From: an uncultured Chloroflexia bacterium
Lineage (GTDB): Bacteria; Chloroflexota; Limnocylindria; QHBO01
DNA length: 64,000 bases
Reading direction: 5' to 3'
NCBI GenBank assembly: GCA_963814375.1
Contig: CAWFCQ010000002.1
Location: 42,864-106,863, forward strand
A program made the position numbers and the translations under genes. Positions within the stretch are counted from its first letter, which is position 1. Each line of letters starts with the position of its first letter. A model generated the notes under the pieces. It did no database searches, had not been told where the DNA came from, and saw only the letters and a list, made by a program, of their open reading frames with translations. Below, one piece after another: positions 61,601 to 64,000 of this stretch.

Positions 61601-62086
61601 GTGCACATCGCGGCACGCGCATTGCTGAACGCGGCCACAACACTCACGCAAAGGGGGACCGTGGTCGCCCAGCAGCATCAGCCCCGCCGAGGTGTCGCAC
61701 CGATCGTGTTCGTCGTCGACGACGACGCGTCGACGCTGGCGTTGCTGTGCGACGTGGCGGAGGCGGCCGGGTGGACTGCGCGCGGGTTCAGGCGCCTGCA
61801 CGAGGTCCGCGCGCAGATCGGCGCCCATCCGCCCTCGCTCGTCATCGTCGACGACGAGCTGCCCGATGGGCGCGGAGGAGACCTCGCGCGTGATCTTCAG
61901 GATGACGGGCAGGCCAGCGTTCCCATCGTGGTGTGCACGGCGGCGCATCCGCGGCGCCAGGCCGAGATCGGGGCCTGGGCACCGGTCATCTCCAAGCCAT
62001 TCGACCTCGTGGACATCGAGCGGCTGCTTCTGTCGGTCGGTGACGGAGGAACTTCGGGAGCGGTGGGCACGCCGCGCGGCGGTTAG
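61601..62086 (+). CDS. Stand-alone response regulator receiver domain (true start probably further downstream)
   Basis: FVVDDD, VIVDDELPDGRG, VCTA, SKPFD. Confidence 0.78.
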   Translation: MHIAARALLNAATTLTQRGTVVAQQHQPRRGVAPIVFVVDDDASTLALLCDVAEAAGWTARGFRRLHEVRAQIGAHPPSLVIVDDELPDGRGGDLARDLQDDGQASVPIVVCTAAHPRRQAEIGAWAPVISKPFDLVDIERLLLSVGDGGTSGAVGTPRGG

Positions 62087-62095
62087 GCTGAGGGC

Positions 62096-63295
62096 GTGCG
62101 TGCGCTCATCCTCACGAACGAGTATCCGCCCGAGATCTACGGTGGCGCGGGCGTCCATGTCGACGAGCTGACCAGGCACCTGCGCGAGCTGGTCGAGCTC
62201 GATATCCGGACCTTCGGCTCGCGGGCCGAGGCCGCAGACGGCTGGCGTGTGCAGGGCTATCCGCCGGCCCACGACCTGGCGAGTGCCGAGGAGCCGCTGC
62301 GACCGATGCTATCGGCCCTGTCGCGGGACCTCGCGATGGTCGCCGATCCGGTGAAGGCGGACGTCGTGCACGTGCACACGTGGTACACGCACCTGGCGGG
62401 GATGCTCGTCCGGCTCGCCTACGGCATCCCGCTCGTGCTGACCGTCCACTCGCTCGAGCCGCTCCGGCCATGGAAGCGCGAGCAGCTCGGCGGCGGCTAC
62501 GAGGTCAGCAGCTGGGTCGAGCGCATCGCCATCGAATCTGCCGATGCGGTCATCGCGGTCAGCGAGGGGACCCGCGCCGACGTGCTGCGCCACTTTGGGG
62601 CGCGCGAGGAGCGCGTCCACGTCATCCACAACGGGATCGACCCGGACTTCTATCGGCCCGACGCCGCAACCGATGCGCTCGCGCGTCACGGCGTCGACCC
62701 GGCGGTACCCTACGTCCTCTTCGTCGGGCGGATCACGCGCCAGAAGGGGATCGTTCATCTCGTCCGCGCGATCAGCCACCTCGTTCCCGGCATCGGCGTC
62801 GTGCTCTGCGCCGGACAGCCCGACACGCCGGAGATCGCTCGCGAGATGGAGGACGGGGTGCGGGCAGCACAGGCCGAGCGCCCAAACGTGGTCTGGATTC
62901 CCGAGATGGTGAGCCGGGAGGATGCGCGCCAGCTGTACTCGCACGCCGCCGTCTTCTGCTGCCCTTCGGTCTACGAGCCGTTCGGGATCATCAACCTCGA
63001 GGCTGCGGCCTGCGAGACGCCTGTGGTGGCGAGCGACGTCGGCGGAATCCCCGAGGTGGTGGTGGACGGCGAGACCGGCCTGCTCGTCCCGGTCGAGCTC
63101 TCGCTCGAGGACCCCATGCGCCCGGTCGATGCCGACCGCTTCGAGCTCAACCTCGCCGGGGCCATCAACGCGCTGATGGCCGATGCGGCAACGCGGGAGG
63201 TCATGGGCCGTGCCGCGCGCCGGCGCGCGATCGAGCAGTTCGGCTGGCCCACCATCGCCCGTCAGACCGCCGCCCTCTACAGCACCCTGTTCTAG
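62096..63295 (+). CDS. glgA: GT4 glycogen synthase / alpha-maltose-1-phosphate synthase (GlgA/GlgM actinobacterial type)
   Basis: TNEYPPEIYGGAGVHV, HSLEPLRPWKREQLGGGY, FVGRITRQKG, CPSVYEPFGIINLEA. Confidence 0.92.
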   Translation: MRALILTNEYPPEIYGGAGVHVDELTRHLRELVELDIRTFGSRAEAADGWRVQGYPPAHDLASAEEPLRPMLSALSRDLAMVADPVKADVVHVHTWYTHLAGMLVRLAYGIPLVLTVHSLEPLRPWKREQLGGGYEVSSWVERIAIESADAVIAVSEGTRADVLRHFGAREERVHVIHNGIDPDFYRPDAATDALARHGVDPAVPYVLFVGRITRQKGIVHLVRAISHLVPGIGVVLCAGQPDTPEIAREMEDGVRAAQAERPNVVWIPEMVSREDARQLYSHAAVFCCPSVYEPFGIINLEAAACETPVVASDVGGIPEVVVDGETGLLVPVELSLEDPMRPVDADRFELNLAGAINALMADAATREVMGRAARRRAIEQFGWPTIARQTAALYSTLF

Positions 63296-63937
63296 GCCGG
63301 CGAAACGCGAGCCATGAGGGCCAGCGTGTTGCCCTCGCCGTCCTCGAAGAAGGTCATCCATTCCTCGGTGCCGTCGTCGTGGGTGTGGATGATGTGCGGC
63401 GCCCCGCTGAAGTGGACTCCCTTCGCGACCAGCGACTCCTGGGCGGCATGGATGTCGTCGACTGAGGAAGTAGAGGACCGAGCTCGGGCGCCACTCGGAC
63501 TCGTCCTTGCGGTGGAGGTAGAGGCGGGTCCCGTCGGCGTCGAAGAAGGCGAGATCCCCGAACGTGAAGAGATGCGGCAGGCCGAGGATCTCGCCGTAGA
63601 AGCGCCCGGCGCGCGCCGTGTCGCGGATCGAGAGCGAGACCTGGCCGATCGACCCGAGCCGGGTGGTGGTGGACGTCGTCATGCGATTCGTTCGTCTCCT
63701 GGCTGTGAGTGGGCTGGTGGCGGGGACGCCCGGCCATCGGCGCAGCTGTCGCGCCCCGACGCCGAGCTTGTCGCCGATGTTGGCGAGGTGGTACTTCACG
63801 GCATCGACGCTCGTGCCGCGGCGCCGCGCGATCTCCGCGCGCCGCATGCCGTGCCGCACGAGATCGAGGACTTCCCACTCGGCCGGGGTCAGCACGTCCG
63901 GGTGCGGAGGCCGCCCCCGGCCGCGGCGCGTGGTCAT
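63292..63937 (-). pseudogene. LuxR-type HTH fused to VOC/glyoxalase domain; apparent +1 frameshift at ~63463 (possible sequencing error)
   Basis: LTPAEWEVLDLVRHG...VKYHLANI..KLG; IGQVSLSIRD...FYGEILGL; YFL joins VDDIHAA...WMTFFEDGEGNTLALM-stop at 63292; span 646 nt = 3n+1. Confidence 0.8.
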
Positions 63938-64000
63938 ATGGACAGCGTACCCGGCGGCCAAGCGAATTTCCCTACCCGTCGATCGATACCCAGCGCCCGT

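Noticed and set aside
62309-63961. 550-aa LuxR-VOC-long tail ORF
   Set aside because: The tail is antisense to glgA and results from the +1 frameshift at ~63463. The natural stop is at 63292.

Overview
High-GC (about 70%) bacterial chromosomal window of core and accessory metabolic genes. It is probably from Chloroflexota; that is inferred from gene content, the GAAC-N4-GTTC-type SOS box and many leaderless promoters, not proven. In order it carries: an LTD/EEP extracellular nuclease, corA, a 3-blade lectin-like protein, tnaA, a sugar ABC cluster with DUF3131/glucoamylase-like and GH39 hydrolases, eis, a complete aa3-type oxidase locus (fused ctaA-ctaB, ctaG, ctaCDEF, TlpA), ispG, a methyltransferase/FAD-reductase/SRPBCC/ketosynthase cluster, trxB, S9 peptidase, HerA-like ATPase, MFS and MMPL transporters, LLM oxidoreductases, tRNA-Gly(TCC), an ArsA/Get3 ATPase, GH15, ABC-2 exporters, copA+YHS and glgA. 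I saw no CRISPR array, integrase or transposase. The best candidate for an undescribed system is a tandem double-HNH nuclease gene at 44835-45461. It has a leaderless extended -10 promoter overlapped by a near-perfect LexA box, and its stop codon lies inside the 5' end of tRNA-Gly. Also notable is a cytochrome oxidase subunit II fused to an amicyanin-type blue-copper domain where caa3 enzymes carry cytochrome c. Eight single-base frameshifts (7 apparent +1, 1 apparent -1) suggest imperfect consensus quality, so split genes may be intact in vivo.
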